NCBI GenBank assembly: GCA_051362555.1
Contig: CM120641.1
Coordinates: forward strand, 40,926,401-40,990,400
Origin: Lingula anatina
Lineage: Eukaryota; Animalia; Brachiopoda
DNA: 64,000 bases
Direction: 5' to 3'
A program made the position numbers and the translations under genes. Within the stretch, counting starts at the first letter, position 1. Every line of letters begins with the position of its first letter. The notes beneath the pieces were generated by a model. That model had not been told where the DNA came from and searched no databases. It saw nothing but the letters and a program-made list of their open reading frames with translations. Of this stretch, positions 1-13,254 are shown piece by piece.

Positions 1-76
1 AATTAGCATGATAAAATCCATTCGCTGCATACATTTTGATGAAAATTAGAAATAAGTAGTGTTAACATTGGGACCA

Positions 77-317
77 TTCCCAGACCCTATCTTACTAACT
101 GTGGATCGAACTATTTCCGAGGGGATTCTCGCTAAATTGCAATCAACTTAAGCGGCTTAGACGTCTGTCACGCCTACTGAAGCTGCTACGGGGTATTTAA
201 TTATCGTTTAGCAGCTTTAGTAGGCGTGCCAGACATCTAAGCCGCTTAATATAAGCTGAAAGCGAGAAAACCCCTCGGAAATGGATCGATCCTGTTAGAT
301 CGATCTAGGTATGGGAA
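77..317. mobile_element. Palindromic MITE (foldback-like)
   Basis: Nested inverted repeats: ttccgaggggattctcgct / agcgagaaaacccctcggaa and ttaagcggcttagacgtctgtcacgcctact / agtaggcgtgccagacatctaagccgcttaa. A related copy lies at ~19212-19412. Confidence 0.7.
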
Positions 318-502
318 CCCAGTCTAACACGTTATCTACTTTACAATAAAAGAGATCAACTCATGATTCGGATTCTCAACTAAGCCTATAATAGGAAGAG
401 AGAATGTCTCTCTACGAGGAAAAGCCATGCAGTTCTTACGAACGCAATTTAAGAAAGTTCACCTTTAAATTTTTTTTACTATCTAATTGAAACACCATTA
501 AG

Positions 503-3500
503 GGTCCACAGCAGACTACGGTTTCTACGAACATGGAGGCATTTGTATGTTTTCTAATCCAAGAAGTGAGGCTTATTCTGAAGCAGAAGGTATTTGCCAT
601 GCCTTGGATATGGAAATGTTCAGAATGGACTCGGCTGAGATGAACGACTTGTTCTTCGAAACGGTGAATAGCACCGAGCTTACGTAAGTCTTTGGTTAGA
701 GTTAAAATACCATATTTTATCGAAAAGACAAAAAAACGGAGGCAGATTAAAATTTAGCTACAAAGTTAAATATTTTCACAAAAAAAAAAAAATGACTTAA
801 AACATGCATAAATGAGATAGTATTCGCGGCATTGCCTTGGATTGTGTAAATCAATTTGAATTTAAACATTTACAGGTATAATTCTACCTACTGGATAGGA
901 CTGTACAGCAAGGAATGGGGGACAGGTAAATCACCGACGTGGGTATGGAGTGCTGGCAACGAAACTTTGGCGGGAGATGCTTGGACAAAATGGAGTAACT
1001 CTACAAATGGCGGCACTATGTATTATGGGCCGGGTGACAAGTGTGTTGCACTGGACGAGAAAGGGGAATGGATTGTTAAGGACTGCGGACAGTTTTCATA
1101 TTTCTTATGTACCAGAGGTGAGTAAAATAACCCGTGAACAGGCTTAAAATGTTAAAAGACACAGGGAGGGCGAGAATCACATATTATTATTATTATACGT
1201 GCAAAAAACATTTTACATCCGGCATAATTCATTAACTTCTTAATTTTTATATTGAAATAAGCCCCCAGCGCTATACACGACGATTACCCGTCTTGTCCGT
1301 GTGGCTATCACCAGTGGAGCGACTCCTGCTATCACGTCTCTGAGACGAGGGCGAGATTCGAAGAGGCAAATTTGATTTGTGAGGCCGAAGATGGCCATCT
1401 AGTCACCATCAATTCATATTTAGAAAACGACATGGTGCAATATTTTTCAAGGTGAAATTTCACAAATATATATTAATGTTCAGATATATTATAGCCAATT
1501 ACTCTCACTGGCTTCTTACATGATAAGTTAGAGTTTTTTTCGATTCGGATGTATTATTATTATTTGTAATATTTATTTATTTGTTTGTTTATTCATTCTA
1601 TTTTTATTTTCTATATTAACAATTTTTGTATTTCAAAGGAGTTGCAATGTATTGCCTCTCTGTCCTCAGTTTGACAATTCCGGGCGACCAATGGACTTCC
1701 ATATACTGGATTGGCTTTGCACAACTGACACCTACCGCACAGTGGGGTTGGGTAGATGCGAGTCCAGTTGATTGGACCATGTGGGATCAAGCACAACCTA
1801 TAGTGGCCGCTACAGTAGCGGACTGTGCTGCTGGAGCAGTAGGACAGAGTGGCCTTTGGGAGGCGTACCACTGCTGGCAGTACTTCCGTTTCATCTGCGA
1901 AAAAGCTGTCATCGGTATAAGATATCCTGTCTTTCATTGGTCCTTTTGGTTTACCATCTTCACCGCCATTTTCCTAAGTTTTGCCTCTCTGTAGTCTTCT
2001 TTTTTCTTTGTGAAGCATATTCTCACAGGGCCTTTGGTATATTTGACCCTGCATGTCTTTTTTTTAAAACAATTTCTGTTCTATCTTGATCACGTGTATG
2101 ATAAACCGCAATCTTTTACTTATTGCGATTTTACTATATCTTATCATTTCTCGGTGAAATTCATCTTGTACTGAACACAATTTATTATTAAACATTTTTA
2201 ATTATTCGTAATATATAGTAAATCGCAGGCCTTTTTTCATTACAAGAAAAAAACTCTGATCCAGAAGCAATAAAATATGAAATTCTAAATAAAGTGTATT
2301 GCAATAAAACAGTATATTTGAGCGGTAACTGGCAGGAAGGACTGTCAATTAGTGTGGTCCGGCGATGTTGAGAAAACTGTAATCTTTAAGACATATCGGC
2401 TAAAAAATGGAAACCCATGTGTATTATTTAAGATACATTATTTAACATATTCGATACCTAAAAAACTCATGAATATGCATTAATTGATGCAATGTATCTA
2501 AGATATTGTGTTTCATGTGCTTTGAAAAGGAAACTACTATAACTCATCAAATACCAGCGAAACTTCAAACGAAATACAAAGCACAAACCCTGTCACTGTG
2601 AACAACGTATCGACAACAACATCCTCCCTAGTTATTACTACTAGCAGCGGAGAAATGGATGCCAACACCACAGTGAAAGGTTGGTGTCGGTCAGTGGTTA
2701 AGCTTAATTGATTTCATATTTCATTTATTACAGAATTCTGTAATCTGGATTAGTAATATTTGTCCCTTGTAAGATATGTTGCAACAGGGGCCTAAGAAAT
2801 TTTATTTCAGGTTAATAAAAAAAGCTTTTCGTTATTTTTTTACTACCGTGGCCGTGAAGATCCCATCTACGAGCACCATTGCTTGCTCTTCTGGCCAAGA
2901 GGAGAAACGTACAATGAAGCTGAAATACTTTGTAATACCATGGGCATGGAACTGTTCAGGATCGACTCCCTTGAGAAGTACTATTTCATGATGACCGACG
3001 ATATGTACACGTGAGTGGATATTCTCACTTTTTTTTGCCTTATCGGGAAATGTGACGGCTAGGGTTACTAATCATGAGATTACGTCTTTGAGTATACAAA
3101 GTGTGTTTAAAGTGGACGACAGAACAATGCTTAAAATATGTATTTTCCTCTTTATCACTAACCCGACCCTCTCTTAAACTGTTAATAATAACTTATCTAA
3201 GCTTTCATAAGTGGAATAATGCTATTTATTAATTTCCATAACCTTTACGTGAGTGACTCAATACAAATGACTAAAAACAGGTTTATGCATAATATATGTA
3301 ACTATGTCAACGATTTGAAAATTTTTTACCGTGGTGGTTGAGGGACAGAATTTAAATTTTAACGAAAAAAATTACTAAATGAAGATGTAGGGTTCCCTGT
3401 GTAATTTTGAACAGAACGTACTTTTTGTTTTAGACACAATTCTAGTTACTGGATAGGACTGTACGGCAAGGAATCGGGTACAGAAGAGTCGCCGACGTGG

Positions 3501-6500
3501 GTATGGAGTGCTGGCAACGAAACTTTGGCGGGAGATGCTTGGACAAACTGGAGAAACTCTACAAATGGCGGCACTATGTATTATGGGCCAGGCGACGTAT
3601 GTGTTGCCCTGGCCGAGGAAGGGGAGTGGATTGTTAAAGACTGCGGACAGCCTTCTTTTTTCATATGCTCCAGAGGTAAAGCCAATATATGTGAAATTCA
3701 CATCACAGTTAGAAATCGCGAGGTTTTAAAACGATAAGTAAGGTACACTGAAGGCTGTAGATTTAAAATTTTGTTTTTTTACAAATGCTATAATGTATTT
3801 ATCATTCCAGTTATTGTTACAGATCAGACTCATATCGTCAACAATAGCTACCATTATCCGTCGTGCCCATGTGGCTTTCTTCCGTTGGGTGACTCCTGCT
3901 ATAATGTTTCTAGAATAACTGCAAATTTCACGCACGCGTCTTCTACATGCGAGAAAGAAGGTGCCCATCTTGTCACCACGGCATCCATTTTGGAATTTGA
4001 GTCTTTGAGCAATTTTGTAAAGTAAGTTTGACTTTTGTTGTCTTGGCTTCATGCCTATTTTTTAGATACATTTCCTTTGATTCTTTCTTTGGTAGGCATG
4101 TTTTGGCTCCTTTCATTAATAATTGTTTCATTTTTATCAAACTTTTTATCAGACAGTTGCCTAGAAAAATAAAAATGTTTGACACAGCTATTTTGGATGT
4201 ATACTGACCGTCAATGAATATGTCCTGGTAAAAATACTAAGATCTAGCAGTTATAAGAATGCATTTGTTGTTGGAGTTTGTTCATATAAGTGATCAGCTG
4301 CTTGCTAGTGCTTTCTAAGTTTTGCCATGAAACAGCAGGTATGCATGGTAGATATGTGACATGTTGTCCTCCTCTTGGAAATTGTGATCAGGGGTGTTTG
4401 TTGAGTGTCGCATGGGAGGACTATATATATAGCCCGTAAAACGCTACCGTGGTGTCCCTTGGTGTGTTTCATGCCAGTATGGCGAGGAACGAAATATTGC
4501 GTGACTTGGTCATGTTACAGGCTGAGCTCGGCTACAGGAAAATAGCACTGTTAGAGTGGTAACGGTTTACAGACCCAACACCACCTTTTAATGTGTTTCT
4601 TTTTTATATGTGGTATTTTGATAATGAATTATATATTAATAAACTCCCTTGAGCGTTTTCATTGCCGATTAGATTGTATTTTATACCTGCTTAAACATGC
4701 AATCAGGATTTTTTCAGCGACCACTTAAGTGGGGAAAAATATGAAAAATTGGTAAAAATTTTGTTTAAAAAGGATCTAACCACAAATTATTACTTTTCCA
4801 AGTTTAACTGTTCCCACTGACCAGATTGCGGAGACATATTGGATAGGTTTTGCACAGTTGACACCTACCGAGCAGTGGGGTTGGGTAGATGCGAGTCCAG
4901 AGGATTGGGTTATGTGGGGTCAAGGTCAGCCTAGTGTGAACGCTTCAGAGGAAGGCTGCGCTGCTGTAGCAGTAGGAGAGAGTGGCTTTTGGGAGGCGTT
5001 CAACTGCAGACAAATGTTCAACTTCATCTGTGAGATCTCCCTTGCCGGTATGGTAATACTTTAAGGTCTAGAACATATCTTGTTTTCAATAGGTAATACT
5101 GATTTCGTAACCGAAAAGGGCGAAGTTTAAGCTCGAAATTTACAAAATGAGCTTCTAATTTGTGTATTTTAATAAAGATATCATTAATTGGGCATGTTTT
5201 TTGCAGAATATGCTCCGTTCAAGCCATTTTGACGGTCTACCGCAAACCCCTTAACTGATTTCTTATTTCATTTGTTACAGAATTCTGCAATCTGGATTAG
5301 TAATACCCCCCCCTCCCCTTGTAAGATATGTTGCAATAAGGACTTAACGACATCTTATTTCAGGTAATTAAATTTTTTTTTTTACTTCTATCGCTGCGAA
5401 GATCCCATCAACGAGCACTTCGATAATGAAAACCATTGCTTGCTCTTCTGGCCAAGAAGAAAAACGTACAATGAAGCCGAAATTCTTTGTAATACCATGG
5501 GCATGCAACTGTTCAGGATCGACTCCCTTGAAAAGTACTATTTGATAGTAGACGATATGTACACGTGAGTGGTTATTGTTACTTATTGTGGCTTGTCAAA
5601 AATATTACCAATAGTGTAACTGGGTTATATCTTTGAGTATAGAAAGTTTGACTTTAGTGGATAACAGAACACTGCTTAAACACAAAACTGCATGTATAGA
5701 GACAAAATGTTCAGTAAAGCTTTACGTGCATACAATGCTTGTTAGATATTTATATAGTGAAACGTTCTCCTTGGAATTTTATTATTGTGCTCTTTGGCAA
5801 TAAAACAACAAAATTCAAAAGTAAAATACTGTTCGTAATTAGCTCTAATTTTCACTGTCATGAGTGAAATATTTTAATATTTCAATATTTCAATATTCAC
5901 CAATAGCGATCTCCGTTACTTGAGTCGTTAATCTTAATTTTGTCAACGGTTTTGAAAATGGTATACCGTGGTGATTGTGGGACAGTATTAAAATTAAAAC
6001 GAAAAAATTACTATATAAAAGTATATTTGTGTAATTTTAAACAGAACATACTTCTTGTTGCAGGCACAATCCTACGTATTGGATAGGAATGTACAGCAAG
6101 GAATGGAGGAGAAATGACTCACCGACGTGGGTATGGAGTGCTGGCAACGAAACTTTGGCGGAAGATGCTTGGACAAACTGGAGTAACTCTACAAATGGCG
6201 GTACTATGTATTATGGGAGCGGTGACAAGTGTGTGGCACTGGACGAAGAAGGGGTGTGGATTGTTAAGGACTGCGGACAGTTTTCATTTTTTATATGCTC
6301 CAGAGGTAATGCCAATATACCATGGAATATACAGTTACAAATCGTGAGGTTTTTAAACGATAGATAAGTCCCACTGAAGGCTGTAAATTTTGAATTTGTT
6401 TTTGGAAATGTATGATACATAGTATTAACATGCAACATTCTATTAAATGTATTGTTACAGATCAGACAGATATCGTCAATGATGGCGTCCATTACCCGTC

Positions 6501-9251
6501 GTGCCCATGTGGCTTTCTCCCATTGGGTGACTCCTGCTATCGAGTTTCTAGAATAGCTGCAAACTTCACGCAAGCGTCTTCTACATGCGAAGAAGAAGGT
6601 GGCCATCTTGTCACCATGGCATCCATTTTGGAATTTGAGTCTTTGATCAACTTTGTAAAGTAAGTTTGAGATTTTGTGACATTGGCTTTATGGTAAGAAA
6701 GGTAAGATTAACACAGTCAGAGCACCACCTTTTAATATGTTTCTTTTTGTATACGCTAATTTGATTATGAAAAATATATATTTAAAAGACTCCCTTGAGC
6801 GGCAAGTATACTTTATACTTGTGTTTACATGCACTCAAGATTATTATAAATAATGATGAGATTTTTTTTTACCGACCACGCCAACGGGAAAAATACGACA
6901 AATTGATGGAAATTTTGCCACATTTGATTACTTTTCCAAGTTTAAGTGTTCCCACTGGCCACATTGCGGAGGCATATTGGATAGGTTTTGCACAGTTGAC
7001 ACCTGCCGACCAGTGGGGATGGGTAGATGCGAGTCCAGAAGAATGGACTATGTGGGGTCAAGGTCAGCCTAGTGTGAACGCTACAGAGAAAGGCTGCGCT
7101 GCGGTAGCAGTAGGAGAGAGTGTTTTTTGGGAGGCGTTCAACTGCAGTCAAATTTTCAACTTCATCTGTGAAATCTCTCTTGCCGGTATGTTAATACTTA
7201 AGGGTGTTTTCAAAAGGTAATGCTGATTTCGTAACCATGTCAGTTTGTGTCATATAGGCATTGGTTTAGGAACATGTAGAAGACGTTCAGTTTTAATTCC
7301 ATGTAACAAGACAGACACCTATATATATATATTTGTTATTTTTTTATTTTACTTGATTTCACTGTTAGTAATCAAGTTAAATTAACTTACTTCAGTTGTT
7401 GTCCCTTTCACTATTTCCCAAAAATACTTTGACTTCTTCTTGAAAAGGGTCAACATTCACCAGTTGGATGGTGTTAACTGTGGGAATCCTACATCCTCTT
7501 AGACTTATATACTTCGTCACTAGAACGCTTTACACAAAATTTTCTTTTTAGATGAGGAAAGTAAAGTGCAGAATAGTACCAATTCCAGTACAACAGCAAG
7601 CAGTGGAGGAAACTGGAAATCACAAACGTCTACTCCTTCAGGATCGCCAACAACAACCTCAACCATTGAAACAACGCCGAGAGATAATGCTTATGTAGTA
7701 ACAACATCAACAACATCAACTGCCGTAACAACTCTCAGAACAACATCTACTGCCCCAGCTACTCCCACAACAACAGCTACCATTCCAACAACTCCCACAA
7801 CAACATCTACCGTTCCAACAACTCCCACAACAACAGCTACCGTTCCAACAACTCCCACAACAACAGTTACCGTTCCAACAACACCTACGACAACATCTAC
7901 CGTTCCAACAACACCCACAACAACTCCGGTACCTAGTGTTCAAAAAGTAGCCACAACAACGTCAACTGTTCCAACAACACACACAACATTTACTGGTCAA
8001 CGAACACCAACCACCTCAAGTACGAATATTGCTACAACAAGCAGCAAGGGAAGCACCGCACCTGCAAGCACCACTGACACTACTGAAACAACCGAAAAAG
8101 GATATGGTTTTGCGGTGACAACTGAAACTGCAGGTGAATGTCTGTAACTCGCCATTCTAAATGTTCCAAATTCCAATGCTTTATATAATGAAGTAAGGCA
8201 GCGTTTCCTATTATAAAGTTGATATTATGCATAAAGTTGATATTATGGATTATTCAGAGGTTGCAATGTTAGGATCATGTCACGATAAAAGTAAACACAT
8301 AATCCCCTTACTTATTCATTTTCTGTCACCATCAGTTTAAGTAGTCCTGGAAATTTACATCTGTATTATTAGCGTGTCTCCTGACCCCTATAAACTAGGG
8401 GTTTGCTTTTTGGACAGAACACCACACATAAAGTTTTACGTCTTTTCAGAAATACGTTGTGGCGAGGTACGCAATTTTTCAACAACTTACAACAATGGTA
8501 CAGGTTCTACGTACTATATTCCGGGTTCTGTGGTGTCATATGTTTGCCATGGCAACTTAACCTTTCTTGATAACACAACGTCACGTATTCGCACCTGCAA
8601 CAACCAAGGGGAGTGGATTCCATATGAAATACCAATGTGCAGAGGTATAGCCTTCTACACCTATACAAATTATCATTATAATTGTCATCATCATTATTGC
8701 TAAAGAGACACAGGTCCACATTGACACAACTTATAATATCGTCCACATTCTATTTACCGATCTGCCATCTAAACAATGGAGACGATCACCACTGACAGCG
8801 ACAACAGAATCTGTCGGGTTGGGTTTTGGGTTTCGGTCCAAGTAGAAGTTTTAAGAATATGCAATCATTGTAGCTTATGAAAGGTTTAATATTTCACATG
8901 TACTCATATTTTAATCGGGATGATTTTTGCGTTCTAATTGATTATCTGTAAATCACCGAAAAAGGTTGTCTTATATAGGAAAAGCGCCATACCTCGTGTA
9001 TGTCAATTTGGCGCTTTTATTACATAGATAACATTTTTAATTTCTTTTTATTTTCAGAAGGATTTCAGGGCCCAAAACCTCGAAGATCAAAGCGCCCTGA
9101 AAACCCAAAAGAAGCTGAAGGAGCACCCGCCATCGGATCATTTGGCCTGCTAGCCGTCCTATCTATAGTGTGCACTGTAGTGGTTTCAGATGTCCCCACT
9201 TTTTACCGTCAACTTCGGATAATGAAGCGTAACATTTTAAGGACCTTTTAA
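503..9251 (+). CDS. Gene A (5'-partial): multi C-type lectin / Thr-rich mucin / Sushi single-pass membrane protein, 6 CTLDs, ~1220 aa in window
   Basis: 16 phase-compatible GT-AG exons: 503-683, 876-1117, 1262-1451, 1670-1914, 2530-2679, 2860-3010, 3434-3675, 3823-4021, 4803-5047, 5402-5564, 6064-6305, 6461-6659, 6941-7185, 7552-8133, 8450-8644, 9058-9251 (TAA). CTLD hallmarks: CPCG...DSCY, A...C...GHLVT, YWIG, W.W, FICE. Sushi: RCGE..VSYVC..RTCNNQGEW..PMC. TM: AIGSFGLLAVLSIVCTVVVS. The start exon is upstream of the window. Confidence 0.88.
2700..7240 (+). repeat. Recent intragenic tandem duplication (CTLD-pair unit 2, ~2700-5110, vs unit 3, ~5250-7240), introns included
   Basis: Exons and flanking intron sequence align, e.g. 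acagaattctg(t/c)aatctggattagtaata at ~2730 and ~5277, and gtaatactgatttcgtaacc vs gtaatgctgatttcgtaacc at ~5092 and ~7217. Matching exon lengths 242/199/245. Confidence 0.9.
7745..7990 (+). repeat. 30-bp coding tandem repeat (TVPTTPTTTx) in the gene A mucin stalk
   Basis: Repeated accgttccaacaactcccacaacaacagct-like units in exon 7552-8133. Confidence 0.9.
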
Positions 9252-10619
9252 ACATTAAATCCACCGTAACAACAGGCAGGCAGACGTCAGAAGATACAAC
9301 AACAATATATAAAGTGCACAAGTTCAGAGGTCAAGATTATAATATCCAGACAATTCTGAGGCCAAATGAAAAAAATATCTCATTTTTTATTGGCTGAGAT
9401 ATATTTGAGTGTTTTAAAAAAGCAAAAATAGCAGCCATGTTAATTATTATGACAAAATGAACAATAAAGACTTCCTGACGGCGCAAAATCTAAAAATATC
9501 AAATTAACTTTGATAGGTTGTTTCTAGTAAGTTTTACATGTAAATTACAGGTGCTACGTAAAACGAACCACGGATTTTGGAAAAGCAATTTGTCTTTATT
9601 TAAAAAGAAAGTTTAAATATGAAAAGAATTTAGATATATATCTATGGAAAATAGTAGTATTGTAGTACGGGGAAGCAAATGAAATATTCAAATTTTGGTC
9701 AATTATGATCTAACTAGATACATTGATTTAACTCACAAAAAGTACATGTGGTATAGAAAATTTAACATTTGAAATTCAACTATCTGATACTTCAGTATCT
9801 GTTGATGGGCATGTAACTGTTGGTGAGTGTTTGCAATCGCTTTAACCTGGCACATGAGGATTGAATTTTTTTTTAATTTTTAAACGAAGCATCTACTGGT
9901 GGTTTTGCTTTAATTATCGACAGAACACATTTTACCGTTGCCACTAAGTCTCAGTTGGACAAAACGTTATATGATTGCGTGTATTTTATCCCATTGGCAT
10001 GCTTAATTTTATTAGATATTTGCTAATTGAAATAAAAAATATCTATTGGTTTTTAAAGTAGAGATGCTTTTCCTGTGAAGAGAACATTGATTTTAATGTC
10101 ATTTCCATGCATATATTTGCAAATATTGATTCTTTAAATAGGTTTGCCCAATGGTTTCAAAACAAATTACCAAAGTGGGTTTTCTTTCGCCCAAAAGCAT
10201 TAAAATTTTGCGTATGGCTTCTGGCTATGAAACAAAAAGATGACATGTCAATATGCAAGGAGTGGTATCAGTCAATACGGCAGAAAAAGTACATTATTTC
10301 CTTTTCAAATATTTATATAAATTACCACGGGCATAAAAATGAAAGTAATGTAAATGTTGATATCAGCTGTTCTTATTACTTCCTTCTGTTTTGTAATTAA
10401 TACGAGCCTTAAGTTTGAATCAATCGATAATCCGCCCGTTGTTCGTAGACAATGTTAGAATATACCAATTGTCTGGACATTTATTGCTTTTAATATATTT
10501 TGCAAAATTATCCGTATGTATGTTTTCTCATGCGTTCACAAATCGAGACCTGACCCTCATAAAAAATTCATAATCACTTAATATAAGCTCCGATGTCTCT
10601 TGTGCGCACGCAACACACA

Positions 10620-10654
<35 letters not shown>

Positions 10655-11337
10655 AAAACGACGAGTAAGTCTAACGCTGTACAGAGAAAACTATACATAA
10701 AATTATTAAATAAATTTGTTTCCGTTCAAACTATATTTTTGTGGTTTCTAATTAGTTTCTAGAAGCGGCTATAACGCGCCCATACTGAACATTCCTGAAA
10801 CGGTGAATTACAAATTTATTAGCCAAAAAGCATTGTGTTGTTATCTGTCTGTCATTCGGAGCTGAAGGAGTCCCTGCAAGGCATTATAAGTTACCGTTGT
10901 CAATCGACCGTCACTCTCCATCAGCATAATTGGCACATTTTGAAAAGAACATTGCATAATGGATTGAGATAGGATAGATGTTGGGCATTCAAAGCTAATC
11001 TTATAATTTTTTTACATAATGTGCGCCTACTTTATGTTCAATCGAATCGCTTAAGTGAGTTGCTGAGGAAACGACTGTATTGTGCTGCTATAAATAGTAG
11101 CCATTTCACGCGTCATTAACTTACAATACAATAATATATACATAACAATAATCTACACATAAGCTTTTACCATTTCCTTAACCTTTTGTGATGCCACACT
11201 AAGCTATTTGCAAAGCCCACGCCTAATTAAGTACAACTTCAATAAAGTCAGTTTAAACAATAAAATTTATGTCGGCTGATGGGTCGCGCAAAGACCAATG
11301 TATGATACATTATTCCGAGTCTCGCCGCTTACACAAA

Positions 11338-11496
11338 TGCAGTGACAGGAGTAATACCTTCGTATAATGTGTATTTCATATTTCCAAATGAAGTATACTA
11401 CAAACCTTTGTTTGCGCAACTGCAGTGACAGGAGTAATACCTTCTTATAATGTGTATTTCACATTTCCCAATGAAGTATACTGCAAACCTTTGTTT
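11338..11496. repeat. 83-bp direct tandem duplication (2 copies)
   Basis: tgcagtgacaggagtaataccttc...aaacctttgttt starts at 11338 and again at 11421. Confidence 0.92.
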
Positions 11497-13254
11497 CATG
11501 TAATAATTCAATTTTTTATGAGCGCGATCACGGGCTTAAAACTATTATGAGTGTGTTAGGTAATTTAAGCGATCGTCTTGAATCGTGCGCTAGTAATGAA
11601 TTAGAAAGTAGCGCTTGTTACATAAATGGAATCATAGAAAAAAAGAGTGTGAAAACCAATGATTATTGGTTCAGTTGTTTGTTATCGTAAGTAACTGTCT
11701 GGAACTTAAGTTACTTTTATGTCTCCTCATTAACCCAAGCGAAAGGATAAGTAAATGACAAACACAGATATAGTGTTCGAAATTAGGCAGGTAGCGGCCG
11801 CTTTTATTGAAAGGTCCCTCTTGTAAAGAATGGTGTTAGATATTATATAGCATTAGATAATGTTAATTAGTTAAAATAACGTAATGTTATATCTTAAAAA
11901 ATAAATATCAAAACAAATAGTGCAAACATTTTCGGTCTCCTCAACCCACCTACTGAACTAACGAGAGAAATTATCGATATTTCTGTTTCAAAACCAGACG
12001 TCTCCTTCGAAAAGCGATTGTCGCAGTGTGATATAACAGGTGCGTGTAGCACAAAAAAGCCCTAGGCTTTTAAATTCGCCACGCAAAAAAGACTCAATTA
12101 AACTGAACAATGTATCTCTTTTATTGTTTCTGTGACATTTAACAGCAGCGAAATGTTTATTTCCGAACCGCAAGTGTGAATGTCTTATATCAGTTAGAAG
12201 GTTATTTAAAGGCTATATCTAATCCTGAGATGTATTTTCCTCTTTTCCTGTGAATACTTGCATGGCATTGTCAAAAAAAGGCAATGGAAAATTTGAAACG
12301 TCTCAGTTAAGTTAAACATTATGTGGTAAAATTAACATGGCACCTGCCATTCAGTTACTTTGAATACCCAGCAGGTATAAATCAATAGTCCGGTTATGAG
12401 CACTGGGTCCATATTCTTTTTTTTTTTTCATAGAAATTACTGCACTTTAAACAGATCCAGCCAAAGGACCTTGCAACAGTGTCACGTTTCGTTTTCATAC
12501 GAACGGGGCTTGTAAGCGCGGATGTCGAGCGTATTAAATTGGAGAGAAATGCTTGGAAACTATCGATTTCCTCATGGTAAAAGAAGAATGCATTAACACA
12601 GCCGAAACGGCCTCAGTTTTTAGATTAACATAGCTAATTGTTAAAAGCCTAAAATATTGAATTTATTCGTTGACTAAATGAAAAATCTTTCTTGCCTTAT
12701 CGCATAATGGCCAGAAATGTTAAACTATTGATCGGACTTATATCGTGATTCGGCCAAATACTTTTGTAAACAAAACGGAAACAAAGGTACAGAAACGAAT
12801 AGAGCTGCTCAGCGCTTGCGCACATTATAGAGATAAAGTAAATATTTTCTCTTCTGCTTAAACATGTAGCAGTAAGTAACTTGATAAAAAGCTATCAATG
12901 CCAGTGACGGCGAATGCTCTCTGAAACTGAATAAGACCTAAACGCCAACATCGCAGATCAAAAAGGATACACTTGGTACCATCGGAAGTTTTGCTGGTAT
13001 GCAGCTCTTTTGCATATATCATGTGATTTAAAAGAACATGAATACCTTTTTTTTTAGAAAAAAGTAAAAAAACCTTTAGGTGAGTGTAAAAAAATGAATC
13101 AAGATGTAAACGTTCGCTACAATATTTTATGCCTTTGGCGTGAAAACTGCTGACCAATGGAACGAGTTTCATGGTTTGCTTTGTGAAAAAAGGTCTGAAA
13201 GCAAACTGAAGACGAACTGCTAAACCTGCAGCCAGGACGACTGAAGCTCAAAGC

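Noticed and set aside
950-6347. Three repeated MLATKLWREMLGQ-type ORFs
   Set aside because: Alternative-frame readings of the duplicated CTLD exons.
7691-7943. Cys-rich (CCCGSCWNG) metallothionein-like and Val-rich minus-strand ORFs
   Set aside because: Antisense shadows of the Thr/Pro repeat exon of gene A.
11338-11496. CRISPR-like repeat array (also the caacgttga and gcattc clusters)
   Set aside because: Eukaryotic context, no unique spacers and no cas genes; explained by tandem duplication and MITE sub-repeats.
9300-13200. Short ORFs (10107-10400, 11988-12173, 12858-13172) in the A-B intergenic region
   Set aside because: AT-rich, no domain motifs and no coherent splice chain.
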